DNA from: Chiloscyllium plagiosum
Taxonomy: Eukaryota
NCBI RefSeq assembly: GCF_004010195.1
Contig: NC_057756.1
Location: forward strand, 2,016,020-2,080,019
Direction: 5' to 3'
Length of the DNA stretch: 64,000 bases
The notes beneath the pieces are model-generated. The model made no database searches and was not told the DNA's origin. It worked only from the letters and a program-made list of their open reading frames with translations. Positions 51,930 to 64,000 of this stretch are shown here, piece by piece. Position 1 is the stretch's first letter, and each line of letters begins with the position of its first letter. The position numbers and the translations under genes are program-made.

Positions 51930-54540
51930 GGGCAGTAACAGTGGTCAGGACCAGGGGTGTAACATGCACCTGGAAATAGAGAAGGCATGTCAGAAAGGCA
52001 ATTTCGCAGTGATCATGGGAGACTTCAATATGCAGGTGGACTGGGTAAATAATGCTGCCAGTGGATCCAAAGAAAGGGAATTCATGGAATGCTTACAGGA
52101 TGGCTTTTTGGAACAGCTTGTCATGAAGCCCACAAGGGAGCAGGCTATTCTGGACTTAGTGCTATGTAATGAACCAGACTTTATAAAAAATCTTAAAGTA
52201 AGGGAACACTTAGGAAGCAGCGATCATAATATGGTAGAGTTTAGTCTGCAGTTTGAAAGAGAGAAGGCAAAATCGGATGTAATGGTGTTACAGTTAAATG
52301 AAGGTAATTATGAGGGCATGAGAGAGGAACTGACGAAAATAGACGAAAGCAGGGAAGACAGTAGAGCAAAAATGGCAGGGATTTGTGGGTCAAATTGAGG
52401 ACACTGTACAGAGGTTCATCCCCAAGAAGAGAAAGATTATCCGGGGAGGGATTAGACAGCCATGGCTAACATGGAAGTCAGGAAATGTATCAAAGAAAAA
52501 GAGAGATCCTGTAAAGGGGCCAAGAGCACTGGGAAATCAGAAGATTGGGAAGGCTAAAAAAACAAACAGAGGATAACAAAGAGAGAAATAAGGAAGGAGA
52601 TGATCAAATATGAAGGTAGGCTAGCCAGTAATATTATAAATGATAGTAAAAGTTTCTTTCAATACATAAGAAACAAACGACAGGCAAGAGTAGACATTGG
52701 GCCAGTTCAAACTGATCTTGGAAGCCTAGTGATGGGAGATAAGGAAACAGCAGGAGAACTTAATAAGTACTTTGCATCAGTCTTCACAGTGGAAGACATG
52801 AGTAATATCCCAACAATTAAAAGGATCAGGGGGCTGAGTTGAGTATGGTTGCCATTACAAAACAGAACGTGCTAGAAAGGTGTATCGTGGGCTGAAGGGC
52901 TTGTTCTGTGCTGTACTGTTCTATGTTCTATGTACTATGAAAAAGCTAAAAGGTCTTAAAATTGATAAATGTCCTGGCCCTGATGGGTTACATCCTAGAG
53001 TTCTGAGGGAGTTGGCTGAGGAAATAGTGAAGGCGTTGGCTGAGATCTTTCAAAAGTCACTGGAGTCAGGGAAAGTCCCGGATGATTGGAAGATCGCTGT
53101 TGTAATACCCTTGTTCAAGAAAGGATCAAGGCAAAAGATGGAAAATTATAGGCCAATTAGCCTAACCTCGGTTGTTGGTAAAATTATAGAATCCATCATT
53201 AAGGATGAGGTTTCTAAATTCTTGGAAGAGCAGGTTCGGATTAGAACAAGTCAACATGGATTTAGTAAGGGGAGGTCGTGCCTGACAAACCTGTTGGAGT
53301 TCTTTGAAGAGGTGACAAGTATGTTAGACCTGGGAAACCCCGTGGATGTGGTCTAACTAGACTTCCAAAAGGCCTTAGATAAGGTGCCACACGGGAGGCT
53401 GCTAAGGAAGGTGAGGGCCCATGGTGTTCGAGGTGAGCTACTGGTATGGATTGAGGATTGGCTGTCTGATCGAAGGCAGAGAGTTGGGATAAAAGCTTCT
53501 TTTTTGGAATGGCAACCGGTGACAAGCCGTGTCCCGCAGGGTTCAGTGTTGGGGCCGTAGCTGTTATATATTCATGATCTGGATGAAGGGACTGGGGGCA
53601 TTCTAGTGAAGTTTGCCGATGATGCAAAGTTAGGTGGACAGGCAAGTGGTACTGAGGAAGTGGGGAGGCTGCAGAAGGATCTAGACAGTTTGGAAGAGTG
53701 GTCCAGGAAATGGCTTATGGAATTCAATGTGAGCAAATGCGAGGTCTTGCACTTTGGAAAAAAGAATACAAGCATGGACTACTTTCTAAACGGTGACAAA
53801 ATTCGTAAAGCCAAAGTACAGAGGGATTTGGGAGTGCTAGTTGAGGATTCTCTAAAGGTAAACATGCAGTTTGAGTCCGTGATTAAGAAAGTGAATGCAA
53901 CGTTGTCAATTATCTCAAGAGGGTTGGAATATAAAAGCACTGTTGTGCTACTGAGACTTTATAAAGCTCTGGTTAGGCCCCATTTGGAGTACTGTATCCA
54001 GTTTTGGTCCCCACACCTCAGTAAGGACATACTGGCACTGGAGCGTGTCCAGCGGAGATTCACACGGATGATCCCTGGAATGGTAGGTCTAACATATGAG
54101 GAACGGCGGAGGATCCTGGGATTGTATTGATTGGAGTTTAGAAGAATAAGGGGAGATCTAATAGAAACTTAGAAGATAATACATGGCTTGGAGATGGTCG
54201 TCGCTAGGAAATTGTTTCCGTTAGTCGAGGAGACTAGGACCCGTGGACACAGCCTTAGAATTCAGGACAGAAATGCGGAGACATTTCTTCAGCCAGAGAG
54301 TGGTGGGCCTGTGGAATTCATTGCCACAGAGTGCAGTGGAGGTTGGGATGCTAAATGTCTTCAAGGCAGAAATTGATAAATTCTTGATGTCACAAGGAAT
54401 TAAGGGCTACGGGGAGAATGCAGGTCAGTGGAGTTGAAATGCCTATCAGCCATGATTGAATGGCGGAGTGGACTCGATTGGCCGAATGGCCTTACTTCCG
54501 CTCCTATGTCTTATGGTCTTATGGTCTTATAGTCTTATAG
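51930..54540 (+). mobile_element. Relatively young 5'-truncated CR1 LINE (ORF2 endonuclease C-part plus RT), inactivated
   Basis: IMGDFN, ILDLVL, HLGSSDHN, PGPDGLHPRVLREL, NYRPISLTSVVGK, QHGF, SCLTNL, KFADD, LVRPHLEYC across ORFs 51964-54437; stops and frameshifts; (tcttatgg)n tail. Confidence 0.95.
52879..52938 (+). mobile_element. ~60-bp tail of another CR1 family inserted in the CR1 ORF2
   Basis: atcgtgggctgaagggcttgttctgtgctgtactgttctatgttctatgtactatg splits VLE|KLKGLK. Confidence 0.8.
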
Positions 54541-54549
54541 TAACAATTT

Positions 54550-55600
54550 GTCAACAGGGAAAATACAGTACGTCAGGCAGCATCCTAAAAGCAGGAAAAG
54601 AGAGTTATCAGCCACAAACGCTTCATCAGGAATGTGTGTGTGTGTGGGGGGGGTGGTGGGGGGTGGAAGGGGGGGCGTGTATGTCAGGGAGTTGAGATGT
54701 AAATAGTCGGTTGCGTGAGGCTATGGGAAAGTAGCTGGGAAGACGATAGGTGAATGCAGGTGGGGGTGTGTTATGGTGATAGTTTGGACTGGAGGCTGGC
54801 GCAGGGAGATGGGAAGTAATATGTACTGATAAGACATTTCCCGCCACTCCACTTCCTTCATCTTTCTTGGCCGCTGCAAGAGGTGTAAAACTTGTGCCTA
54901 CAACTACCCCTTTATTGCCGTCGAAGACCCCAGAGGATCCTTCCTCATCTGGCAGAAATTTTCCTGCACATCCAAAAACCTCAACATCTGTCTGTTTCTC
55001 TCGATGAGGTCTCCTCCACTCTGGGGAGACTGGACGCCAAATAGCAGAATGTTTTATGGAACATCTCTGGAAAACACGCACCAAGTGGCTGACCACTTCA
55101 ACTCTCGCACTCGCCCATCATCCAATGCAACAGGGGCATGCAAATCCTCCTTCAACGTCAATACAACTCCCATGACGCTTGAAGGAAAAAAAACTCATGT
55201 TCTGTCTTCTGACGCTACAAACACGCAGCATCAACCTCGAATTAATGTGTTTCCTCATCTCCCCCCCACCCCCACCTCAACGCAGATCCAACCCTTCTAA
55301 TTGGAACTGCCCTCTTCAGCTGTCATTTACGCCCATTTTTCTTCCAACGTATCCATTGCACCCTCGATCACGTCCTACCATCATCACCCCTACCTGTATC
55401 TACCTATCCACTTCCCAGCTGTCCAAATCCAGCCACATTGCTACCCTCCTATTTTTCACTCATACCCTTCCTCCATCCTTCCACACGTTCCAAAACATAG
55501 GCTCTCCTGCTCCTCGAATGCTGCCTGAACGCTTGCAATTTTCAGGCATCACACTGTTCGAATTTGACCTCCATCATCTGCAGTCCTTACTTCCTCAAAG
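54550..55600. mobile_element. Decayed inverted Penelope pair (minus pLTR ~54550-54820; plus GIY-YIG/pLTR ~54830-55600)
   Basis: RCKTC near 54880, ctctggggagactggacgcc (IGETGR remnant), and pLTR ends at both extremities. Confidence 0.7.
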
Positions 55601-56980
55601 GCAGTGACTGATCGTTGTTAGGGTCGTTTAACTATACTTGTTGCAAACATGTTTCTTTCAATTACGAAGAACCTTGTGGGTGTGGAAGACGTGACTTTGA
55701 AGTTTTACAATGATAGACAATTCAAAACTGCTGGAAGTTTTAGTTAAGCTGGAATTGTTAGTCAAGCTGGAGTTTAAACCCCTTCATACATGATAATTGC
55801 GGAGAACATTATAACAGTAACTCAGCATTTAAACTTTCTGGTTAAGTTATAAGAATATTTGGAGGTAGTTGAACTTCAATTTAAAATGAAGCAGCTTGAG
55901 TTACAGGCAGGAGAAAAATAATTGGAAAAGGGAGAGAAAGAGAGTAAGAAGACTGAGAAAGAAAGTGTGAAGGAAGAAAGAACGAGAGAGAGGTTGAACA
56001 TCATAAATTGACATGAAGAGATCAACGTCAGCTTGAAAGAGTTGATATGAAGTTTGAAGGTAAGCTTAATGAGGAAGAAAGTGAGAATGAAATAATCCAG
56101 TATGGCGAAAGACCTGATGTGGATCTGTTTCAATATATAAAAGTATTGCTGAAATTCTATGAGAACGTTTTAGATGCATTTTTCATTTCATTTGAGAATT
56201 TGGCTAAACAAATAACGTGGCCAGTGACAAAATGGATTTTGATAATTCAAAGAAAAAACTTCTAGATAGCGCTAGTGAGACATTTGCATCACTATCAGAG
56301 GAAGTATCTCTGGCATGTGTCGAGTGGAAGAACGCCATTTGAAGTTCATTTGAGCTTATGATAGAAGTCGACCAACAACATTTCAGCAATTTAAGGAGGG
56401 TCACTGATAAAGCCTTGATTGAGATGGAATGGATCTAACGAATAATATTGATAGGTCGAAAAGGGTATTTAAAATAGAAAATGCCTATGATGTTCTTTGA
56501 GGGACGATTATTTTGGGGGAGTATAAAACTTCTCTTCCTGATGTACTGAGAACTCATGTCGAAGAGCAGACAGTTTAAACAGCAAGATTCGTAGCTGCAC
56601 TGGCTGATGATTGCGAGTTGGTCCATAAAGTAATTTTTGGCTTCAAACATCAATTTCAATCAATGAGTGATATAAATTGCGGAAAAGTGAAATCCTCACG
56701 GTGAGAAGCAAAAGGATGATTACTAAAGTGACAAAAAGATACACTTGAAAGGGAAGAGAAGTTAAACTTGTGCGGTGTTATCACTGCAATACAGTAGTCC
56801 ACAATACTACCACTTTTTCAGTCATTTAGAGAAATCACTGGGAACCCAGATGTAAGATAACCGGATAAGTCAGTGGTTGGTGTTTTCGTTTGGAGTGGTA
56901 ACGGAAATCACAGTAGAGGTTACAAATCTGCACCTACAAACTGATCAGTGGTTGTTGAAGGAGCAAGTTTCAGGTCTTCA

Positions 56981-57037
56981 GCGGAGTGGAGTCGATGGGC
57001 CGAATGGCCCTACTTCCGCTCCTATGTCTTATGGTCT
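56981..57037 (+). mobile_element. Very short CR1 3' tail, same family as 51930-54540
   Basis: gcggagtggagtcgatgggccgaatggccctacttccgctcctatgtcttatggtct is nearly identical to about 54462-54520. Confidence 0.85.
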
Positions 57038-57776
57038 TCTTAAACCACATAATTGCAAAGGATAAAGTTTACCCAGGTAGGAAGAGATCATCAAGTAAAG
57101 AGGTTATAATATTAAGAGTTATAAGATCCATTAAAGTTGAAAAGATTGATACCTCAGGAGTACTGTTACCAAAGAACATGGAAGTGGAATATAAGTGAGA
57201 CAATAAGTGCTGAATTATGTAGAGTAAGGATAGAGTGTCGAGTTAAAAGTGAAGACGTCGTGGCAGGAGTACAGGAAGAACTCACAGCGCCAGGAATGCA
57301 TATTGTTCTTGCTAAAATAAGCCGAGTTCACAGGCATGTGCTCAAAACGTCAGTGAAAAATCAGACAAGTGAGGTATTATCGCAGGCATGTGCTTGGAAT
57401 ATTCTTGATGGTGTGGTAGCGCGCTCAAAACGTCACCAGTTGAAACAGTAGATGCCAATGCGTCCATTTGTGCAAGTTGAAGTGGAGTTATCAGAGGCCC
57501 CGTTTGAACAGATATATGAGAGCAAACAGGAACAGATGGATGTCAAATTAGTCATCCATATGTCATAAAAAAATGGATCTGACGAACAGCAGAAAAATGA
57601 ATGAATGGAGCAATTGCATCAAAAAGCATACAGAGGAAAAAAGAATCTGAATGTATCCCTGCGTGATATAATCCTTTGAAAAATGCCTTCATGAGGATAC
57701 CGAGAAAATCACATATTCCGGCGGATGAGAAATGGGCAGAAGTTGATCAAGTCGTATTACCAGTAGGTTATAGAAT

Positions 57777-59591
57777 GGCCGTAGGCGAAATTGAGGACGG
57801 CATATGCTGGGGATTTGAGTCAAGACTGTGGTGCTGGAATAAAACAGCATGTCAGGCAGCACCCAGGGAGCCGGAAAATCGACGTTTCGAGCAGAAGCCC
57901 TACACCAGGAATGAGGCCGTGAGCCTTGGGGTGTAGAGATAAATTTGCGGAGAGTTGTGCCTGTGAGGGAAAGTAGTTGAGCGTGTAATAAGTGGATCGA
58001 GGTGGGGGCAATGGTAGTTGGTCGGAGGGAAGGATGGAGCAGATTGCTGGGATGGAAAATAGACAGATGAGACAAGTCATGAGGTCGGTGCTGAGCTAAA
58101 AGCTTGGATTAGGATAAGGTAGGGGAGAGGAAATACCGAAACTGGTGAAATGCACATTGATGCCATGGGTTGGAAGGTCCCAAGGTGGTAGATGAGGACA
58201 TCTTCATCCAGACGTCGGCTAATACAGAACTGACGATGGATGGAGACCAAGGACCTACATATCCTTAGTGGAGTGCAAGGGGGAGTTGAAGCCACATGGT
58301 GTTGGGGTTGGTTGGTGTGTGTGTCTTAGAGATGTTCTCTGAAGCTCTCTGCCAGTAGGCTTGCTGTCGACCCAGATGAGACTTCATCGAGAGCAATCGA
58401 TACAATAACTGATTTGTGTCAAAGTGCAGGCGAAACTTTGATGAATGTGGAAGGGTCATTTGGGGCCTTGGTTTGAGGTGAGGAGGGAGGTGTGGGCGTT
58501 AATAAGCTTGGAGGTAGAGGCAGTAGAAGAAGTGTTCGATGTCATTAGTAAACTCGGATGTGGAGCGTGTGATTTCCCATCACACATGTTTGAATGATAC
58601 CTTCCAGCAAAACGCATGTCTCATGTCTCTGCCCTCGAAACCCACTCCTCAAACCATAAAAATGGCACAACGCACCGCAGTCCAAAACTTCCACTCAACC
58701 AACCTCTGTAGACACCGTGTAATCCCCTGCGAATTCCAACACCAACAAATGGACTCCACCACCACGAGAGATATATTTCCCTCCCTACCTCAACCGTTTT
58801 CCATAAAGAAAGTTCACTGCACAACTACCTCATCAGCTTCTGCCCGACAACAATCCACCCTCCCCTCCGAGAACTGGACACTGGCACCACAGGAATTGCA
58901 CACGTGTGTCCACACCTTATCTTCACCTTCGTCCAAAGCCCCAAACGAGCATTCCACATCCATCAAAGTTTCACCTGCACTTCCACACATGACAGTTACT
59001 GTTTCCGTTGCTTCCGCTGCTATCTCTCTACATCAGGGAGGCAGGATGCTTATTCGCAGAGTGCTTCAGAGAAACACTCTGGGACACCCGCACCAACCAA
59101 CTCCACCACCCTGTGGCGTGACACTCCAACACCCCCAATGCTCTCTGCCAGGAACATCCAGGTCTTCGAACTCCTTCATCTCCACTCCATTACCAACAAC
59201 GTCAGGAGGAATAACGCCTCGTCTTTCACCTAGGGATTCTCCAACCCCATGGCATCAATGTGGATTTCATCAGTTTCCTCATTTCCCATCCCTCCACCTT
59301 ATTCCATTTCCAACGTTCCAGCTCAGCACCATCTTCAGAACCTGTCCCACATGTCCAAATTCCTCCCCGCCTATCTGCTTCAGCCTGGACTCTGACTGAT
59401 CACTTTTACTCCACCTCCTTCCATCTATTGCACTCCCTGCTACATTCCCCCCAGCCCCACTTCCCAATTATGCCACTACCCCTGACGATCCCAGCCTCAT
59501 TCCTGATGAAGTGTTTTGCCAGAAACGTCAATTTTCCTGCTCCCGAGATGCGGCCTGGCCTGCTGTGCTTTTCCAGCACCACACTCTCGAC
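57777..59591. mobile_element. Inverted Penelope pair inserted in the Gypsy integrase N-terminus
   Basis: Minus copy at about 57782-58500 and plus copy at about 58560-59591, both with GIY-YIG remnants and outward-facing pLTRs. atagaat at 57770-57776 and 59592-59598; hammerhead core at 59503-59529. Confidence 0.85.
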
Positions 59592-61026
59592 ATAGAATTG
59601 AGTATCAATTGCATAGTGTCACTCACGAATTACCACGTAAAAATGCAGAAACCTTTTTTGGTCTGCACTGCACAAGGATGTAGTTGAATTTGGGCAAACA
59701 TGTCATACATGTCAGCCAATTGGAAAACGCAGGCAAAAAACAAAATCCCCACATTTAAGAGCAATTCCTGCATTTGACAAATATGTTACACGGGTCCTAA
59801 TTGATTACAGAATTGATCCTCTAAATAAAACAATGTGTCGGTATCAGTATTTGTTAATATTTATGGATGTGTCCATGAGATTTTCTTAGAGCAGTCTATG
59901 ATACAATATCACATGTAAAAGTGTTGCAGTAGTAATTCAATTCTTTTTTAATAGATACACTACACATAAAGAGATCCAATCAGATCGAGTTTCAAATTTT
60001 ACATAAATTCAAGAAAGTAACAGACAGTCAAGGAATAAAACAATTCAATCTACTGCAGAAGATCCAGTATCGCAGATAGCACTAGAATGGTGGCATCAAC
60101 ATTACACTCCATGTCAAGAGTTGAAAATCAAGATTGTGATAAATAAATTCCGTTTGTATTTTTGCTAACAGAGATGAATCAAATGAATTGGCCTAAACCA
60201 TTTCATTTGAAGTATATTCTCTACATGATGAGACAGGACAAAAGAAAAAGGTATCAAAAAAATGGTGAGTTGAATTCAGAGACGACATATTTGGATAATG
60301 TGTGACATTCTTCTGGAGAATGGCCTCATACAGCAGTCAAGTTTGCTCGACATCATACAGTGGACCAAGAAACAGATAAGAAATCAGAAATCCGCAATTT
60401 TGCTGTTGGACAAAAAATGTCAGAGTTACTTTCAGTGACATGTAAATCTTTAATAGCAAAATTTATTGGACCTTATCAATCGAAAGTAGTTTGACTGAGG
60501 TGCACTACTTGATCAGGATTCTGGAGAGAAAGAAATCTAACAGAGTGTGTTATGTGAATATGCTTATAAGGCATTTTCATAGGAAAGAAAAGCAAAGGGA
60601 GAATGTGTTACAAGTTACAAAACAAAGTGAAGCATAAAGGTCATAGGATTCAGAATTTCTCATTCTTCATATTAAAGAGTACAATGAGGAAGTTGTCAGA
60701 AGTTGGGATGAATTATTGTGCTACCTTCCAGTAAAATCGAAAAGATGGGAAAGATTTCTTTAAAGTATTGCATTTTGAGATATGTGGAATTAAGCTGGGA
60801 TGAGCAAAAAAAAAGCATGATTTCGGGATATGAAAAGCTATTCAGATTCAGCAACATCCTTATTGGTTAAATTCCCTGAAGTTGGCACAGATTCAAAAGG
60901 AGTTGGAAATAACGTCCCACAAGGGTGTAATCGAAGATTTTTTTGCTGTGATTGGAGCTCACCAGTGGTAATGATTCCAATTCCAAATAGTATCCAAAGT
61001 TTTTACGAGAACTATCGAAAAATCAA

Positions 61027-61112
61027 TGATGAAGGAGCGTCGCTCCGAAAGCTAGTGTGCTTCCAATTAAACCTGTTGGACTATAACCTGTTGTTGTGTG
61101 ATTTTTAACTTT
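61027..61112 (+). mobile_element. Young ~85-bp Penelope pLTR tip inserted in Gypsy RT
   Basis: tgatga-a-GGAGC-gtc-GCTCC-gaaagctag...taaacctgttggactataacctg...ttttaacttt; same family as 23520-23595. Confidence 0.8.
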
Positions 61113-62239
61113 ATAAAAGGTGGGAGGATCAACTTATATTTCCAAGTTGAAATTCATCCGAGGGTACTGGCAGGTATCTTTACCCAATAGACTGAAGGCA
61201 ATTGTGGCTTTCATAATGCCATGTGACTGTATAACTATAAAGCCATCCCATCCAGCAAGGAAAATGTGCTAGTCCCTTTTCAAAGACTACCTAATCAGTT
61301 CAGTTCCACATTATCAATTGTGTGGAATATATTTTTCGATAGACTTCAGGAAGCAGCCTTGGTGATAAACCTGGCTGTCAGTGAATTTGCAAAGCCTAAC
61401 TCAACTTCCTGAGCCATGTTATTTGGCATGGACAAATGCTCCTGACGAATGCAAAATCAAAACTATGTGGGATGTGTGCAATACCATATTGGAAAGGAAC
61501 AGTGTCACAATTCATGGGTTTTATTGGGATTTTGCAGCGAATTTTAGCAGTGTGGCTGCTCCACTCCCTGAATTATTACATAAAGACAAGAAGTTTCAAA
61601 GCACAACGGACTGTTCGAAGGCATTTCACAGCCTTAACTTTGTGTAAAACCGTGCCTCAGTATTACCAACAGTTAATCAAGCAAATCCACTTCAAGAGGA
61701 TATCGGTGCAAGTGTTCTGCTTGTCTGAGCTATGCTTTTATATGAAGATGACATGAAGATAGAAATGTCTACCGGACATTCTTCTCAGAAACTGAACATT
61801 AATTCACAGAATTAATTAACATTTAAGAGGGAGACGTTGATCATGGTATTGTGATATAATTTCAACGTTTATGATACTAGTAATATAGCTGAGACAAACG
61901 AATGTACTGATCAGAATCCACGAATGTTTTTGGAGAAATTTGTGAAGAAAATTCCAGACTGTTTAGATGCTGTTGTCATTGCAACCAATGAATGTGTGCA
62001 AATTGTGCATATGGCTGGACGAGAAAACATGATTGCTGACGAATTCGCGAGACTTGGATGAGAAACTAAGGCATTCGGTGACAGAAGTAGTGGACATAAA
62101 TGTAATTTACTCGCGAATGTTTGCATGATTGTAATCAATGTAATATAAATGTGTTGCCGTGTATGAAAGTGTAAGATTAAGAGGTATTAAAATTAATCCG
62201 TTATGGGACATTGATGTTTCATTATTTTAAGGGTGTAGA

Positions 62240-62903
62240 TGTGATAATGCAGCTCCTTTAACAAGGTTAAGATTTTTTTTCAAGTGGGGTTGAAAAACGC
62301 AGAGGTTCTGAATTGTTCGGCTAAAGGCCACTTTGATTGTACTTAAACATATGTTGCCTCAGGCTACAATTAAGGAAAAGAGTTTTTGTTTGTTTTTGTT
62401 ACGTCACTTTTGCAATGAAAGAGAAGTAGTCAGTTGTCCCTGTTCAGGGATTTCTTCAGTTTGGTTTCATTCTTGCAGTTAGAAACTGCTGGGGGCAGAG
62501 AAGCAGCGATAGTGAAAGGTTCCATGCTTCAGCAAAAGATCTCTCGCTGTGTTTTCTCTCTCTAACATATCTGCCGGAAAAGAAACTTGGGTTGGAATTT
62601 ACCTTTTCTGTCTTCCGGTCTAATGATGGGAATATTGCAGGAATTTGGAACAGCGATATTAAGTTGTGATCAAGTCAGTTATGTTTTCAGATTGATTAAG
62701 TTATTCTGGTTTTCTTTTCTCTTTTGTACGTGTTTCATTTGGTAGCATTTAAACAAATTCTCTTTTTTGTAGAAAAGTGAGTGGTTTCACCAGATGCATC
62801 ACTCCTGTTATACCTAACTTACATCTGCCTATAATAACTAGAAAACCTAGTATCCGGCTACCTTCTTATAATGTTTTGGGGGGATCTTACGTGGTTCATA
62901 GCA
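62240..62903 (+). mobile_element. Gypsy LTR (TG...CA, ~664 bp)
   Basis: tgtgataatgcagctcctttaacaaggtta ... ttcatagca; follows RNase H and a purine tract; colinear with 51207-51890. Confidence 0.8.
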
Positions 62904-63319
62904 ATTTTCATTCGCCAAGGATATTTTCATGGCCTTTTAGCAATTCGACAGCTTTACATTTTAGTCACTTACTTTCCTTTCGTTTTATTTTGTGTACATT
63001 TCGACACACACAGACCTCTTTTTCTCTCTCTTTGATATGTATAAATATCTATACAAAAAAAAACCTCTCTCTCTCAATGGTAATGCACCACCTTACATTT
63101 ACCATTGCAAAAAGAAAATGTGCTCATCTAGGGTATGTTCATCACATGCATTGAAGGTCGAGGGTATTGCCTTTGCCTACAATAAAGTCAGGAGTTTTGG
63201 AGATCATGTTCTCTAATTCCAGGTTGCGTTTGGAATTATTGGTTTCATAGGCAGTGACAAGTGAGTGTGGTGTTTCCTTTTCGGGTGTGGAATTGATTTA
63301 ATTTAAATAGTGTATGCCT

Positions 63320-64000
63320 TGCATAATAATGGCTCATTTAATCTGAGGAGATGTCTGGGCAGGGGAGAACTTATTTCCAGAATTTTGCAGAAAGTTAAAA
63401 AGACAAAGATTTTTAAATTCTCAGACAATCTCGAGGTGGGGTTACCTCTGTCGGCGTGCAAAGGGGAGGAAGTCGCAGCAATTGCTCTATAATTGCAATG
63501 TTTGGAAATGCCATCGGGATCATGCGAATTGGCTGAAATTCGTTTGAAAATGAAGCAGCTCGAACATGAAGAGGAAATGAGACGTTGTTAATTACGATTG
63601 AAAACAGAAAGTTAAGAAGAAAATGAAGGCCTAGCTAACGAAAGGGAAAACAAAAATAGTTGTGAGCTTCACAGTTTGGAACTGACAAGTCAAAGTAGAC
63701 TTAAAGTAGTGGATGGAGTATTGGAGATAAGGAGCAGTGATGACAAAAGAGATGGAGAGAAATGCCAACGTAACGAGAGGTCTGGCGTTGATTTTTTTTT
63801 AAAATATACCCAAGCATTGTTCAATTTTAATGAGAAGAATGTAAAAGCCGTGTTCATTTTATTTGAGAAAGTGACAACACAAGCAAAATGGCCGGATACA
63901 ATATCCTAATTCTTGAACCAAAGTTGTGTTTTTGAGCTCGTGACTTCGTTCGATCAGTACCAGATGAGTTTTCTGGTTAGGATGGAAAGGTGAGACAGGC
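63320..64000 (+). mobile_element. Start of another Gmr1-like gag (runs off window)
   Basis: ORF 63676-63909 DFFLKYTQALFNFNEKNVKAVFILFEKVTTQAKWP parallels ORF 56047 DLFQYIKVLLKFYENVLDAFFISFENLAKQITWP. Confidence 0.8.

Larger units (their letters stand above)
55680..62239 (+). mobile_element. Gmr1-like Gypsy internal region: gag-PR-INT-RT-RNase H, decayed, with nested insertions
   Basis: DAFFISFENLAKQITWP (ORF 56047); CYHCNTVVH (about 56775); QVVLPVGYR (ORF 57676); YQYLLIFMDVS and EIQSDRVSNF (about 59840-60000); FIGPYQ (about 60465); DWSSPVVMIP (ORF 60830); RGYWQV (about 61160); HMAGRENMIADEFAR (about 62010); purine-rich tract before the LTR. Confidence 0.85.

Noticed and set aside
51964..54437. 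Intact, active CR1 ORF2
   Set aside because: 5'-truncated, with multiple stops and frameshifts and a nested insertion.
58539..59399. Longest ORF (286 aa) as a host gene
   Set aside because: It lies within a Penelope copy and is a largely off-frame, P/S/T-rich reading of C-rich TE sequence.

Overview
Eukaryotic, AT-rich, repeat-dominated DNA. The repeat mix (CR1 LINEs, V-SINE/HE1-like SINEs, several Penelope-like families, Gypsy LTR elements) points to a cartilaginous fish, probably a shark; this is an inference from family recognition, with no database search. Most of the window is nested, decayed retroelements. I found no intact host gene, rRNA, tRNA gene or CRISPR array, and almost all ORFs in the track are TE fragments, their antisense shadows or noise. 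Main contents: (i) four decayed Gypsy copies, two of which clearly show the Gmr1-type order gag(SCAN-like)-PR-INT-RT-RNaseH, one with two LTRs and a tRNA-Gln-like PBS; (ii) many Penelope-like insertions carrying minimal type-I hammerhead ribozyme motifs, several as fold-back structures with 7-12 bp target-site duplications; (iii) a diverged ~730-bp tandem duplication whose units consist of a Penelope pLTR/hammerhead remnant plus unassigned cargo (retrozyme-like), the best candidate for something undescribed; (iv) low-confidence candidate host micro-exons in the unique intervals. Boundaries of decayed repeats are approximate (tens of bp) and were all judged by eye.
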